From Candidatus Parcubacteria bacterium (GTDB taxonomy: Bacteria > Patescibacteriota > Patescibacteriia > Patescibacteriales > UBA12075), in the NCBI GenBank assembly GCA_963814275.1, contig CAWFCE010000001.1, positions 3,307 to 67,306 of the forward strand: a stretch of 64,000 bases of DNA, written 5' to 3'. Under the pieces are notes generated by a model that was not told where the DNA came from, did not search any database, and saw only the letters and a list, made by a program, of their open reading frames with translations. Positions 18,121-27,794 of this stretch are shown here, one piece after another (the first letter of the stretch is position 1; every line of letters starts with the position of its first letter). A program made the position numbers and the translations under genes.

Positions 18121-19241
18121 CAGCCTGTTCCTGGATCAAACCTTATGCCGGCGATATAGTAAGAGTAATTGTTTCTAATGTTGATTTCCTATTTTATGTT
18201 TATGTAGGCAGTGATCCGACCGAAAAGCTAGTTGTTACAAGCGACAATGGCAGCCATGGCGTATCATCAGACACTCATTCCATAACTTTAAACGCATGGC
18301 AATATGTTTGCGCTAAACGGTTAAGCGATGGGAAAACCACTTTTTATATTAATGGTATCCAATCCGGTGCCGCCGACCAGGATAGTGGGACTCCTACTGA
18401 TATCTCTAGTACAGGTTTAAGTATCGGAGCGAGATATGATGGGGCTTATAGTTTTTCAGGCTTGGTCGATGACGTGAAGATCTATAACTACGCCCGTACG
18501 CCGGCGCAGATCGCCTGGGATTTTAACGGCGGCAAGCCGGTCGCGGAGTGGGATTTCGATGAATGTTCCGGCGGCACCATCCATGACAGCGCCGTCTCCT
18601 GGAACGGCGGCACGGCCAACAACGGCCAGCTTTATCTCGGCACCTCCGGCGTCACCGCCACCGGCACTTGTGCTTCTTCTTCGGATAGTTTTTGGTATAA
18701 TGGGAAGGACGGGAAAGTGAATCATGCGGGGAGTTTTGATGGGACGAATGATTATGTTGATATAAGTGATCTGGACTTTATGGACGGTGTAAGCCAATTG
18801 ACAATTTCCGCTTGGATGAAACGCAATACCCTTAATGCTAAGGTAAACTTAGGCAAGTATTTCAATTCAAATAACTATACCACAATAACCATGTATACCG
18901 ACGGAAATATTATTTTTGACATAGGCAATGGGGCGGGCCAAAACGGTTATGTGGCAAACAACAATACGGACTGGCAGCATGTCGTGTTAGTATTCGACGG
19001 CACCCAATCAGGTAATGCGAACCGTTTGAAAGGGTATATAAACGGCGTACAGCAAGAATTGAATTGGGACGGAACTATCCCATCCAGCACTTATAATAGT
19101 AGCGCTAATTTTATGATAGGGAGAGTATATACACACTATACCAACGGCCTGATCGACGACGTGAAGATCTGGAATTACGCTTTAACTCCCGAGCAGGTTA
19201 AACAGGAATATAACGGGGGAGCGGTTAAATTTGGAAACTAG
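18054..19241 (+). CDS. Paralog 3 fragment D: last two LamG modules and tail
   Basis: The ORF is 395 aa and contains YNYARTPAQIAWDFNGGKPVAEWDFDECSGG and the tail WNYALTPEQVKQEYNGGAVKFGN*. Confidence 0.65.
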   Translation: MQFDGNDDYISTGNDPVQTNTITACSWIKPYAGDIVRVIVSNVDFLFYVYVGSDPTEKLVVTSDNGSHGVSSDTHSITLNAWQYVCAKRLSDGKTTFYINGIQSGAADQDSGTPTDISSTGLSIGARYDGAYSFSGLVDDVKIYNYARTPAQIAWDFNGGKPVAEWDFDECSGGTIHDSAVSWNGGTANNGQLYLGTSGVTATGTCASSSDSFWYNGKDGKVNHAGSFDGTNDYVDISDLDFMDGVSQLTISAWMKRNTLNAKVNLGKYFNSNNYTTITMYTDGNIIFDIGNGAGQNGYVANNNTDWQHVVLVFDGTQSGNANRLKGYINGVQQELNWDGTIPSSTYNSSANFMIGRVYTHYTNGLIDDVKIWNYALTPEQVKQEYNGGAVKFGN

Positions 19242-19687
19242 AAAAGAATTTATAATTTGTAATTTATAATTTGTAAACAATTTGTAATATTAAATTTGTA
19301 AAAGGTTTATAAATTATAAATTGGATATTGTTTATAAATTACAAATTACGCCTTACAAATTTTTTCCCGGCCTGATTGACGATGTGAAGATCTGGAATTA
19401 TGCGTTAACTCCCGAGCAGGTTAAACAGGAATATAACGGGGGAGCGGTTAAATTTGGAAATTAGAAAAGAATTTATAATTTGTAATTTATAATTTGTAAA
19501 CAATTTGTAATATTAAATTTGTAAAAGGTTTATAAATTATAAATTGGATATTGTTTATAAATTACAAATTACGCCTTACAAATTTTATCCCGGCCTGATC
19601 GATAACGTGAAGATCTGGAATTATGCGTTAACTCCCGAGCAGGTTAAACAGGAATATAATGGAGGAGCGGTTAAATTCGGTAATTAG
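19146..19687 (+). repeat. Tandem array of the 223-bp unit (96-nt gene tail + 127-nt hairpin spacer), 2.4 copies; orphan tails at 19369-19464 and 19592-19687
   Basis: Unit starts are at 19146, 19369 and 19592. Each orphan keeps an open 32-codon frame ending in TAG. Differences between copies are mostly synonymous third-position changes. Confidence 0.9.
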
Positions 19688-19699
19688 ATTACTATAGGC

Positions 19700-19870
19700 A
19701 TCTCCCGCGCCCGCTACCCCTCCGCCCCGCAGCGTGCGGGGCACCTCCCCTTCGTAAGGGGAGGAATCGCTAGATTACAACGGCTTTTCTCCCCTTACGA
19801 AGGGGAGATGTCCCGCTTGCCCGCCGTAGCCTTGGCGTAGGAGGGAAGGGACAGAGGGGTAGCGGGTGTG
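19700..19870. repeat. GC-rich nested palindromic leader of the DUF559 gene
   Basis: The outer arms CCGCTACCCCTC / GAGGGGTAGCGG are complementary. Internal hairpins are CCCCGCA-GCG-TGCGGGG, CTCCCCTT-CGT-AAGGGGAG and CTCCCCTT-ACG-AAGGGGAG. The left half is the reverse complement of window positions 1-78. Confidence 0.8.
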
Positions 19871-19898
19871 GCCGGAGGGATCAAACACGAATAAAAAT

Positions 19899-20249
19899 AT
19901 GACGATTATATACAATCAAGCCAAATACCGTCTATATAGAAAAATGCTGAGGAAGAACGGCACGGTGGCGGAATGGATGTTATGGCAGAGGTTGAAAAAC
20001 AAACAGCTGGGGGCCAGATTCAGGCGGCAATACAGCATCGGTTATTATATCGCCGATTTTTGTTCGCCACGCAAAAAATTAGTGATTGAACTGGACGGCG
20101 GGGTACATGACGACGAAGGCGCTAGATACTACGATAAAGAACGGCAAGAAACCATCGAAGAGATGGGTTTCAAAATATTACGTTTCAGAAACGAAGAAGT
20201 GGAAAAAGATATCGAAAATGTCGTAAATAAAATTAAAACATTCATATAA
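19899..20249 (+). CDS. DUF559 (Vsr-like) endonuclease-domain protein
   Basis: The pattern E..LWQRLKNKQLG.RFRRQYSIGYYIADFCSPRKKLVIELDGGVHD......DKERQETIEEMGFKILRFRNEEV is the classic DUF559 pattern. I prefer ATG 19899 over the ORF-track GTG 19866, which lies inside the hairpin leader. Confidence 0.9.
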   Translation: MTIIYNQAKYRLYRKMLRKNGTVAEWMLWQRLKNKQLGARFRRQYSIGYYIADFCSPRKKLVIELDGGVHDDEGARYYDKERQETIEEMGFKILRFRNEEVEKDIENVVNKIKTFI

Positions 20250-21389
20250 CCATGAAACTAAAACCAATTTCCAATTTCAAATTTTTAATTTCCGCGTTGT
20301 TGCTCGTACTGGCTATGGCAACGGCATGGATTTGGTTTACCCGAAAAACGCCTGAAGTAATAGCCGGCTGGTGGAACGATTCCTGGTCCTACCGCAAAGC
20401 GATCGTGATCAATCACGACTACGTACAGGTGATCTGAGAATTTCCCGGTATTAATATCCCTGACTGATACCATTCCTCGGCGCCCACGCCCAGGCGGACG
20501 GGGACGATATTATTTTCATATCCGACAATGGCCAAAAACTATCCCACGAGATAGAATGTTTCACCACCCGACCGGGGGTGCTCGTCGCCTGGGTGAAAAT
20601 ACCGAGCCTGTCCAGCACGGATGATACGCCGATATATATGTATTATGGCAATGCGGGAGTGGGGAATCAGGAGGATGTGGAAAATGTCTGGAGATAATGC
20701 ATATCGCGGTGTGTGGCATGTGCCGAATGACGGTGCCGCCGCCATCGAAGAAACGCACGTCAAATTTACAATGACGGGAATGCGGAAGGAACGGCTTCCG
20801 CTAAAATCGTCCGCGCAGGTGGACGGTGCGTTCGACTTAGATTGGCGGCATCGAGTACGTGAAGTCGGCACCGATGAGAATTTCAATATAAGTGATTTCA
20901 TGGTATCAATGTGGATTAAAACCGCTGACACAGTCAGCAACATATGAGTTTTGCCGGAAGAGCGAACAACGGATATTATATAGATTCCGGTGAGCAGGGG
21001 ATTATCTGGTAATCAGAGATATAGTCCGGAGAAGACACGTTTCAGTCCAATGAAGTGGGAGCATCAATAATCTTCTAATGCAGTAGACGGGAAGGTAGAC
21101 AATACGTGGCACTATGCGGTTGGTGTAAAAAATCAACGGATTATACATTATACGTGGATGGTATGCGATGGAAGATTCTAATACCGTTCAATTGGGTCAT
21201 AAGCAATGCTGCGCAAAATTTCAGTATTGGTAATGATCGTAACATCAGAGATTTTAATGGAACTCTTGACGAAATCCGAGTCTCCAGCGACATGTCCGCT
21301 CCGACGACTGGATCGCGACCGAATACGCGAACCAAAACTCGCCCCCAACCTTCCTTTCCGTCCAGGCCGAGGAAACCGGGCCGGGGCCG

Positions 21390-24300
21390 GTGGGGTATTG
21401 GTCGTTCGACGACCCTTCGGCAGGCTCGGGGCAGGGGGCTGCGGTACATGATGAATCGGCGCAGGGCAATAATGGCACAGTACAGGGGAATCCGGTCCAG
21501 CAGGACGATTCGATGTGCATTTCCGGCAAATGTTTGTATTTTGACGGGATAAACGATTATATCAACATCCCGGACGCGGATTCCCTGAACGTTACCCAGA
21601 CCACGATCGCCGCCTGGGTGAAGAGCGCGACCACGACCGCGGGCAAGTATATAATGGCTAAGAGCCCGCCGTCCACTATCGGCCCGTTGCATTCAGCCGC
21701 CGTCAATGATGACTGGATGTTGTATTACGAAAGCGGCGCCTGGAATTACGGTACCGGCGGCATAGCCTGGTGGGGGCGCTACGGCGGCAAGGGCGAGTAC
21801 TCCGGCTGGCGTTTCGCCCTGGACAGGGCTATTCCCGCCGGCACGGACATTGATATGGCCGGCACCAAGCTCGAGATCTATAAGCCGTCGGGCGAAGCGG
21901 ATATCGATGATTTTTATATCTATGTCGCCGACAGCGCTGATCCGGGGCAGATCACGGGCATCGCGGCCCGTCCCGTCATGGAGGGGGGCTCGACCGCCAC
22001 ATATCCGAATACGAAAGAAGGCGCGGGCGCGGTCAACCATACCGGCTGGTCCGACGGCTGGAACACGATCTTGGTCGGTCCGCTTATCCAGTATCTGGTC
22101 GATACCTATGGCGGCTTGGCGGATGGCGCGCATATCCTGATCCTGGGCGCGGGCGCGGCCTCGGAGCCGGATAATTCCGAATCGATCTGGGCCGGCTTCG
22201 AAAACGGCAGCTATATTCCGAAGTTAACGATAGTTTATACGGATAACAGCGGGAGCGGCCCGGACGTGCCCTACGCCCTGAGCACGGTCGGCGGCGGCCA
22301 ATTCATGGCCCGCGATAGCGGTACGACCTACTCAGCCACTTCAACAACCGATTTGAACGATAACGGATGGCATTATGTGGCCGGCACTTATGATGGCTCC
22401 GATATGAAGATCTATGTAGACGGCAATCTGGAAACGACCAATACGGATTTCTCCGGCGCTTTGCCGGTTATGGCCGGCGTTTTGCGCATTGGCGGCGATT
22501 ACCAGGCCACGCCGGCTAATTTCTTCAATGGTTTCATCGACGAAGTAAAGATTTACCCCTACGCCCGCACGGCCGACCAGATCCGGCAGGACTACGCCGC
22601 CGGCCTGGCCGGGATCAAGTCAAATTCCGGCGTGGCCGCCTCGTTCGGCAGCAAGAATGATAGCTGGTTGACCGACGGGCTGGTCGGGTATTGGAAATTC
22701 GACGAACCCTCGACTGCCGGTACCTACGAGGATTCCTCCGGCAACGACAATACCGGCACGGCCGCCGGCAACGCCTCGACCACCGCCGGGAAGTACGGCA
22801 ATGGCGGGGTGTTTGACGGGGATGGGGACTATATAGATGTTGATAATCCTACGACCGCCATGGATGTGTCGAACGTGACAATATCGGTTTGGGTCAAGCC
22901 AAATGATGTTACATTTGAAGGAGGCATCGTGGTATCACCAATAGATTTTAACAACAAATGGGGGTTGATATGGAATGACGATAGCGGGGGACAACCGATC
23001 GTGGTATCAGATTTGGGGCCTGATATAACAGGGCGGCAGGCGAATATCGCGCCAACCAGGAATCAGTGGCATCATATTGTAGCGATCCCCAGTTCCCACA
23101 AGCTATACGTCGATGGCAGTGAGGTTGAAACACGCGACATTACAGAGAGTTGGATGAGTTATAACGGTAAACTCGGGATCGGCCGTCATTATGATTCTAT
23201 TAATTTTAACGGCCAGATCGACGAAGTTCGCATCTACAACCGCGCCCTGTCGCCGGACGAGGTGAAAGAATTATATGAATGGGCGCCCGGGCCGGTGGCC
23301 TGGTGGAAGTTCGACGAGCTTAATGGCGCGACCGCTTATGATTCGGCCGCTTCGACCGACTACTCGGGCGGGAATAACGGGTATATTAGCGGCGGGGCGA
23401 CGACGTTTCCCACGAACGGAGTACTCGATGACTTTAATCGTAGTAATACAGGGCCGCCGCCGTCAGCGAGCTGGAGCAATTACCTTAATGGCTTATCTGT
23501 TTATAATAATACCGTCGTCAGGGGAAGCGGTTCGGAAAATATCAGTTACTGGAATGAGGATATGGGACTGGACCAGGAGGCGTATTTTACCTTTAACGGC
23601 GCGGCAGGGGTTAGTATGGGTGTCGTACTCAAATTCGACCCCAGCGCCGGTACCGGTTATATTATTTTCTATTACTCCGGAAACGGTAACGTATATATCG
23701 GCAAACTGACCGATAGCTCGACCGCCACTATCTATTCCCGGTGCGTGAACGGCAGCGCTACCTGCACCAGACTTGATTATTTCAGCGCCGGCAGTTTTGC
23801 CGCCGGCGATTCCCTGGGCGCGCACATCGACGCAGCCGGACATATCGCTGTTTACAAGGAAAGCGGCGGTACCTGGACAGAAGTCGGCAACGTGACAGAC
23901 GGCACATATGCCGTCGGGAAGATTGGTCTGCAGATAACCAGCAACTCAACTGTGGCCGGCGCTTTGGCTGACGATTTCGGCGGCGGCAATGCCGCGGGCG
24001 CCCCCCCTGAACCGGCCCTGGGTAAATTCGGGGGAGCGATCGAATTCGACGGCAATGACAATGCCGTGACCGTACCGCCAAGCGCGAAACTGAGTCCGGG
24101 TAACGGATCCTGGACCGCTGCAGCCTGGGCTAAGCCGGAGGATGAAAACCAGCACGCCGTATTGATAATGAATTATGTGGATAGCGACAATTCGCAATGG
24201 AGCCTCTCGTTCAGTAATAGCAGCTGGAGTGGAGCCGGTAAAAGGCTGTGGGGTATGTATACAGAGAGTGAACCAAGCGCTATCTACCGGGCTTCGTACA

Positions 24301-24635
24301 GTACGACTGACCAGATAGACGGCGATTGGCATTTTTATTCCATGATAGCCGACAAGGAGGCGGACGAAGTTAAACTATATGTTGACGGAGTGGAAATAAG
24401 CAAGTCCACCGTTAATTCTGGGGTCTGGCCCGATGTCGATACTTCGGCACATGTCACCAATATCGGCGATTTATCAGGCAGTTATAATTTTAAGGGTCTA
24501 ATCGACGACGTGCGTGTCTACAACTACGCCCGCACCCAGAAACAGATCCTGGAGGACATGGGTAACGGCCCGGCCATTAAAGCAGCCGGTCCTGCACCTG
24601 ACTTTCGACGAGGGCTACGGCGGGACGGCTTATGA
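21390..24635 (+). CDS. Paralog 4 longest intact fragment (LamG modules, nested insert domain, extra jelly-roll domain)
   Basis: The ORF is 1081 aa and contains linker classes a, b, c and d. Confidence 0.65.
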   Translation: MGYWSFDDPSAGSGQGAAVHDESAQGNNGTVQGNPVQQDDSMCISGKCLYFDGINDYINIPDADSLNVTQTTIAAWVKSATTTAGKYIMAKSPPSTIGPLHSAAVNDDWMLYYESGAWNYGTGGIAWWGRYGGKGEYSGWRFALDRAIPAGTDIDMAGTKLEIYKPSGEADIDDFYIYVADSADPGQITGIAARPVMEGGSTATYPNTKEGAGAVNHTGWSDGWNTILVGPLIQYLVDTYGGLADGAHILILGAGAASEPDNSESIWAGFENGSYIPKLTIVYTDNSGSGPDVPYALSTVGGGQFMARDSGTTYSATSTTDLNDNGWHYVAGTYDGSDMKIYVDGNLETTNTDFSGALPVMAGVLRIGGDYQATPANFFNGFIDEVKIYPYARTADQIRQDYAAGLAGIKSNSGVAASFGSKNDSWLTDGLVGYWKFDEPSTAGTYEDSSGNDNTGTAAGNASTTAGKYGNGGVFDGDGDYIDVDNPTTAMDVSNVTISVWVKPNDVTFEGGIVVSPIDFNNKWGLIWNDDSGGQPIVVSDLGPDITGRQANIAPTRNQWHHIVAIPSSHKLYVDGSEVETRDITESWMSYNGKLGIGRHYDSINFNGQIDEVRIYNRALSPDEVKELYEWAPGPVAWWKFDELNGATAYDSAASTDYSGGNNGYISGGATTFPTNGVLDDFNRSNTGPPPSASWSNYLNGLSVYNNTVVRGSGSENISYWNEDMGLDQEAYFTFNGAAGVSMGVVLKFDPSAGTGYIIFYYSGNGNVYIGKLTDSSTATIYSRCVNGSATCTRLDYFSAGSFAAGDSLGAHIDAAGHIAVYKESGGTWTEVGNVTDGTYAVGKIGLQITSNSTVAGALADDFGGGNAAGAPPEPALGKFGGAIEFDGNDNAVTVPPSAKLSPGNGSWTAAAWAKPEDENQHAVLIMNYVDSDNSQWSLSFSNSSWSGAGKRLWGMYTESEPSAIYRASYSTTDQIDGDWHFYSMIADKEADEVKLYVDGVEISKSTVNSGVWPDVDTSAHVTNIGDLSGSYNFKGLIDDVRVYNYARTQKQILEDMGNGPAIKAAGPAPDFRRGLRRDGL

Positions 24636-25158
24636 TTCTTCGGTTTTTCATAATAACGGCACCCTATATCCGGTCGGGGGCGCCGGGTCGAACGATACGG
24701 TCAGCCAGATGTGGGACAAGGGCGGGAAATTCGGGGGGGCTATGGAGTTCGATGGAGAAAACGATTATGTGAGCGTTTCCGATAGTCCCGTGTTCGATCT
24801 GGCGACCGCGAACGGTTATACCTGGTCTGCGTGGATCAAACCGGATAATTTCGATGAATTTAGCGAAGTATTCAGCATGGAAGAAACATTAAATAAAGCA
24901 TTATATCTGTATGTGCATACGACGACTGATGCTGATCTCGGTCCGGTAACAGCCGGAGTTTCGGCTATGTGGGAGAGTGATGCTGACACGGATTTCCTTT
25001 CGGCGCATTCTGTTGACAATGTATTCACGACCGGAAAATATTACCATCTTATTGTCCGTTATGACGGATCACAGACAGTTACAAACAGGTTCCGTATTTA
25101 TGTCGACGGAAATGATGTAACCGATTTAGGGGACGTCGGTTATTCAGAGCATGTCTGA
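24514..25158 (+). CDS. Paralog 4 fragment (LamG module after linker d)
   Basis: The ORF is 214 aa. KQPVLHLTFDEGYGGTAYDSSVFHNNGTL matches the paralog sequence downstream of linker d. Confidence 0.55.
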   Translation: MSTTTPAPRNRSWRTWVTARPLKQPVLHLTFDEGYGGTAYDSSVFHNNGTLYPVGGAGSNDTVSQMWDKGGKFGGAMEFDGENDYVSVSDSPVFDLATANGYTWSAWIKPDNFDEFSEVFSMEETLNKALYLYVHTTTDADLGPVTAGVSAMWESDADTDFLSAHSVDNVFTTGKYYHLIVRYDGSQTVTNRFRIYVDGNDVTDLGDVGYSEHV

Positions 25159-25313
25159 TATTTCTCCCGGAAATATAAGCGTTGGTATTGATTCATATTA
25201 TGCTTCAGATATTTTCGACGGTCTAATCGACGAAGTTTACATATACAACTACGCCCTGTCCGAGGACGAAATCAACACCCTCTATAACCAGGGCCAATCC
25301 GCGGTCATGGGCG

Positions 25314-26867
25314 ATGACGCCAGCCGCGACAACGACGGCACGGCCGTCACCGGCAAGTCCAAGGATTATTGCATTCCCGGCGACACGGCGCAATGCGACC
25401 CGCCGGTCGGGGAATGGAAATTCGACGAGCTCGGCGGCACGACCGCCTACGACACGAGCGGGAACGGGAATGACGGCAGTTTTGGGCGGCGGTACGCCCG
25501 GCTACCGGCCGCAGTGGTGGGATATCGGCCACCAGGGCGGCGCGCTTATGTTTGACGGCAATGATGATTATGTGAATATCAATGACAGTTCAGTTTTAAG
25601 CCTTAATTCGGCTAATGACTATACATGGGAATTTTGGGTAAATTCTACCGACCTGGGTGAAGAGTGGAATGCTGTCTGGTGGCAGGGTTCGGATGCGAAT
25701 AATTATTTTATGATTTTTGCCCATACGATCGACGATACTTACTGGGGAACGGTAAATAACGGATTGAGCGCTGGCTGGACAAACGGCGGCTCTATGTGTT
25801 CACAAAGAAATTCCGTAGATAATTACTTATCACCGAATGAATGGGGGCATGTGGCGGTAACTTATGATGCTTCTAAGGCGGCGGGATCGCGCATCGATTT
25901 CTATATCAACGGGCGATACGCTACCGAAAGCAGAACCAATACCCAGTGTTCCCCGGCCAGCATCAACCCGGATACGATCTGGATCGGGAATGATTCAGAA
26001 TGGCCGGATGAGGAATTCAAGGGGATGGTCGATAATTTTCGGTATTATAATTATCTGCGCACCCCGGCGCAGATCGCCTGGGATTATAATAAAGGCGCGC
26101 CCATCGCCCACTGGACCTTTGACGAATGTTCCGGCGGGACGATCTACGACCAGTCGCGGACCTGCAAGGACACCGGCGACTGCAACAACGGCCAGCTTTA
26201 TCTCGGTACTACTGGCGTCACCGCCACCGGCACCTGCGCCTCGTCGTCGGACAGTTTCTGGTACAACGGGAAGGATGGGAAAGTGAATCATGCGGGGAGT
26301 TTTGATGGGGTAAGTGATTATTTGAGCATTTTGGGTGAATCTGACTTTGATTTTGAGTACAACGATCCATTCTCTATTTCTGTCTGGGTTAAGCGCGATA
26401 CCGCCAATACTCTCGATCAGATTATAGAAAAATTACTTCCTTCAGGCTCCTGGCCGGGTTTATCTTTTTATCTGCCTGGCTCTGATGTCGCATGCAACAA
26501 TTGTGTCAGAATGGATATAAATACCGACACTTTTGGTTATAATTTTACGGCCCAAACAGCTGACAATGCGATTTCGACCGGCGTTTGGTATCATATTGTC
26601 GTAACTTATGATGGTATCCGTATTGATAATCATGATACAGATTGTATAAAGATTTATATTAACGGAGTAACCCAAAATTTAATAACTTCGGAAGAAAACT
26701 TACTTATACATTCGATTCTCAACGATAACGATGTTTTAATCGGTTATGATCCTGACGGATATTATTTCGACGGAAAGATTGACGATGTGAAGATCTGGAA
26801 TTATGCGTTAACTCCCGAGCAGGTTAAACAGGAATATAATGGGGGAGCGGTTAAATTCGGGAATTGA
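25314..26867 (+). CDS. Paralog 4 fragment (last two LamG modules and tail)
   Basis: In this 517-aa ORF, homology starts at about aa 60 (ALMFDGNDDYVNI..). It contains YYNYLRTPAQIAWDYNKGAPIAHWTFDECSGG and the tail KFGN*. Confidence 0.6.
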   Translation: MTPAATTTARPSPASPRIIAFPATRRNATRRSGNGNSTSSAARPPTTRAGTGMTAVLGGGTPGYRPQWWDIGHQGGALMFDGNDDYVNINDSSVLSLNSANDYTWEFWVNSTDLGEEWNAVWWQGSDANNYFMIFAHTIDDTYWGTVNNGLSAGWTNGGSMCSQRNSVDNYLSPNEWGHVAVTYDASKAAGSRIDFYINGRYATESRTNTQCSPASINPDTIWIGNDSEWPDEEFKGMVDNFRYYNYLRTPAQIAWDYNKGAPIAHWTFDECSGGTIYDQSRTCKDTGDCNNGQLYLGTTGVTATGTCASSSDSFWYNGKDGKVNHAGSFDGVSDYLSILGESDFDFEYNDPFSISVWVKRDTANTLDQIIEKLLPSGSWPGLSFYLPGSDVACNNCVRMDINTDTFGYNFTAQTADNAISTGVWYHIVVTYDGIRIDNHDTDCIKIYINGVTQNLITSEENLLIHSILNDNDVLIGYDPDGYYFDGKIDDVKIWNYALTPEQVKQEYNGGAVKFGN

Positions 26868-26955
26868 TGAAGAATTTATAATTTATAATTTATAATTTTC
26901 AAACAATTTATAATATCAAATACTAAATTTATAAATATGACACAGGGAGGGAAAA

Positions 26956-27606
26956 ATGAAGAACGGTTTATTTAAAAACAAATACCGCATCGATTCCAGC
27001 AGGTTAAAAGGACATGATTATTCCGGTGATGGATTGTATTTTATAACGATCTGCACGCATGACAGGGAATTATTTTTCGGCGACGTGGTCGATAATAAAA
27101 TGATTTTGAATGATTTGGGGCAAATGGCGGAAAAATATTGGTTGGAAATCCCACAGCATTTTGAAAATATAGAATTAGACGAATTCATCATCATGCCGAA
27201 CCATGTTCACGGGATAATCGTGATCGATAATACCGCGGATGGCGGAAAACACCGGGTGCGATGCGATGCCCGCGGTTTCACCGATGCCCGCGTCCGTAGA
27301 GACGCGATTAATCGCGTCTCTACGGACGCGGCGCAACATACGGACACGAATGACAATCACACCGGCGGCATTACGGGAAAATATAATCCAATGGGCAAAA
27401 AATCGTTGGGCGAAATTGTCCGGTGGTTTAAAGGCCGTTATAAATTTGAATCAAAAACCATCAATCCCGCATTTGCCTGGCAAACCAGATTTTATGACCA
27501 CGTTGTCCGCAATGAAAATTCGTTGGATAATATCAGACAATATATCATAAATAACCCGGCCCAATGGGAAAATGACCGGAATGATCAGGAAAATATTTGG
27601 ATGTGA
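26956..27606 (+). CDS. IS200-like / REP-associated tyrosine transposase (RayT-type Y1 HUH enzyme), intact copy
   Basis: The ORF is 216 aa. It has FKNKYRIDSSRLKGHDYS..GLYFITICT, the HUH motif in MPNHVHGIIVI, and the C-terminal WQTRFYDHVVRNE carrying the catalytic-type Tyr. GGAGGG lies 6 nt upstream of the ATG. Confidence 0.8.
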   Translation: MKNGLFKNKYRIDSSRLKGHDYSGDGLYFITICTHDRELFFGDVVDNKMILNDLGQMAEKYWLEIPQHFENIELDEFIIMPNHVHGIIVIDNTADGGKHRVRCDARGFTDARVRRDAINRVSTDAAQHTDTNDNHTGGITGKYNPMGKKSLGEIVRWFKGRYKFESKTINPAFAWQTRFYDHVVRNENSLDNIRQYIINNPAQWENDRNDQENIWM

Positions 27607-27794
27607 AAATAAATTATCAATATTCAATTATCAATGATCAATCAATTGTCAATTAACCAATTAACTAATGATGTTAAAAATAGCCAATTAGATGATTAAA
27701 TAATTAATTGGGTTACTGCTTGCCCGCCGAAGTATTAACGCAGGCGGGGGTTACTGAAAACTGATAATTAAAATTGTGATTATAACCGAAAACA

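Larger units (their letters stand above)
12860..19241 (+). pseudogene. DUF2341 + beta-propeller + multi-LamG paralog 3, broken into at least 4 ORFs
   Basis: Homology to intact paralogs is continuous across frameshifts at ~15205, ~16545 and ~18028. A stop-riddled LamG module lies at 16584-17019. The tail KFGN* ends at 19241. Confidence 0.85.
20252..26867 (+). pseudogene. DUF2341 + multi-LamG paralog 4, heavily fragmented
   Basis: The start codon lies 2 nt after the DUF559 stop. The DUF2341 region 20252-21390 has several frameshifts and stops. Further frameshifts are at ~24580, ~25150 and ~25480. All linker classes are present in order, and the tail KFGN* ends at 26867. Confidence 0.85.

Noticed and set aside
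12260-19687. A diversity-generating retroelement, with the four-helix-bundle proteins as Avd homologs and the orphan 96-nt tails as possible TR/VR pairs.
   Set aside because: There is no reverse-transcriptase ORF in any frame of the window. Differences between the gene tail and the orphan tails are mostly C/T and other synonymous third-position changes, not adenine-specific substitutions.
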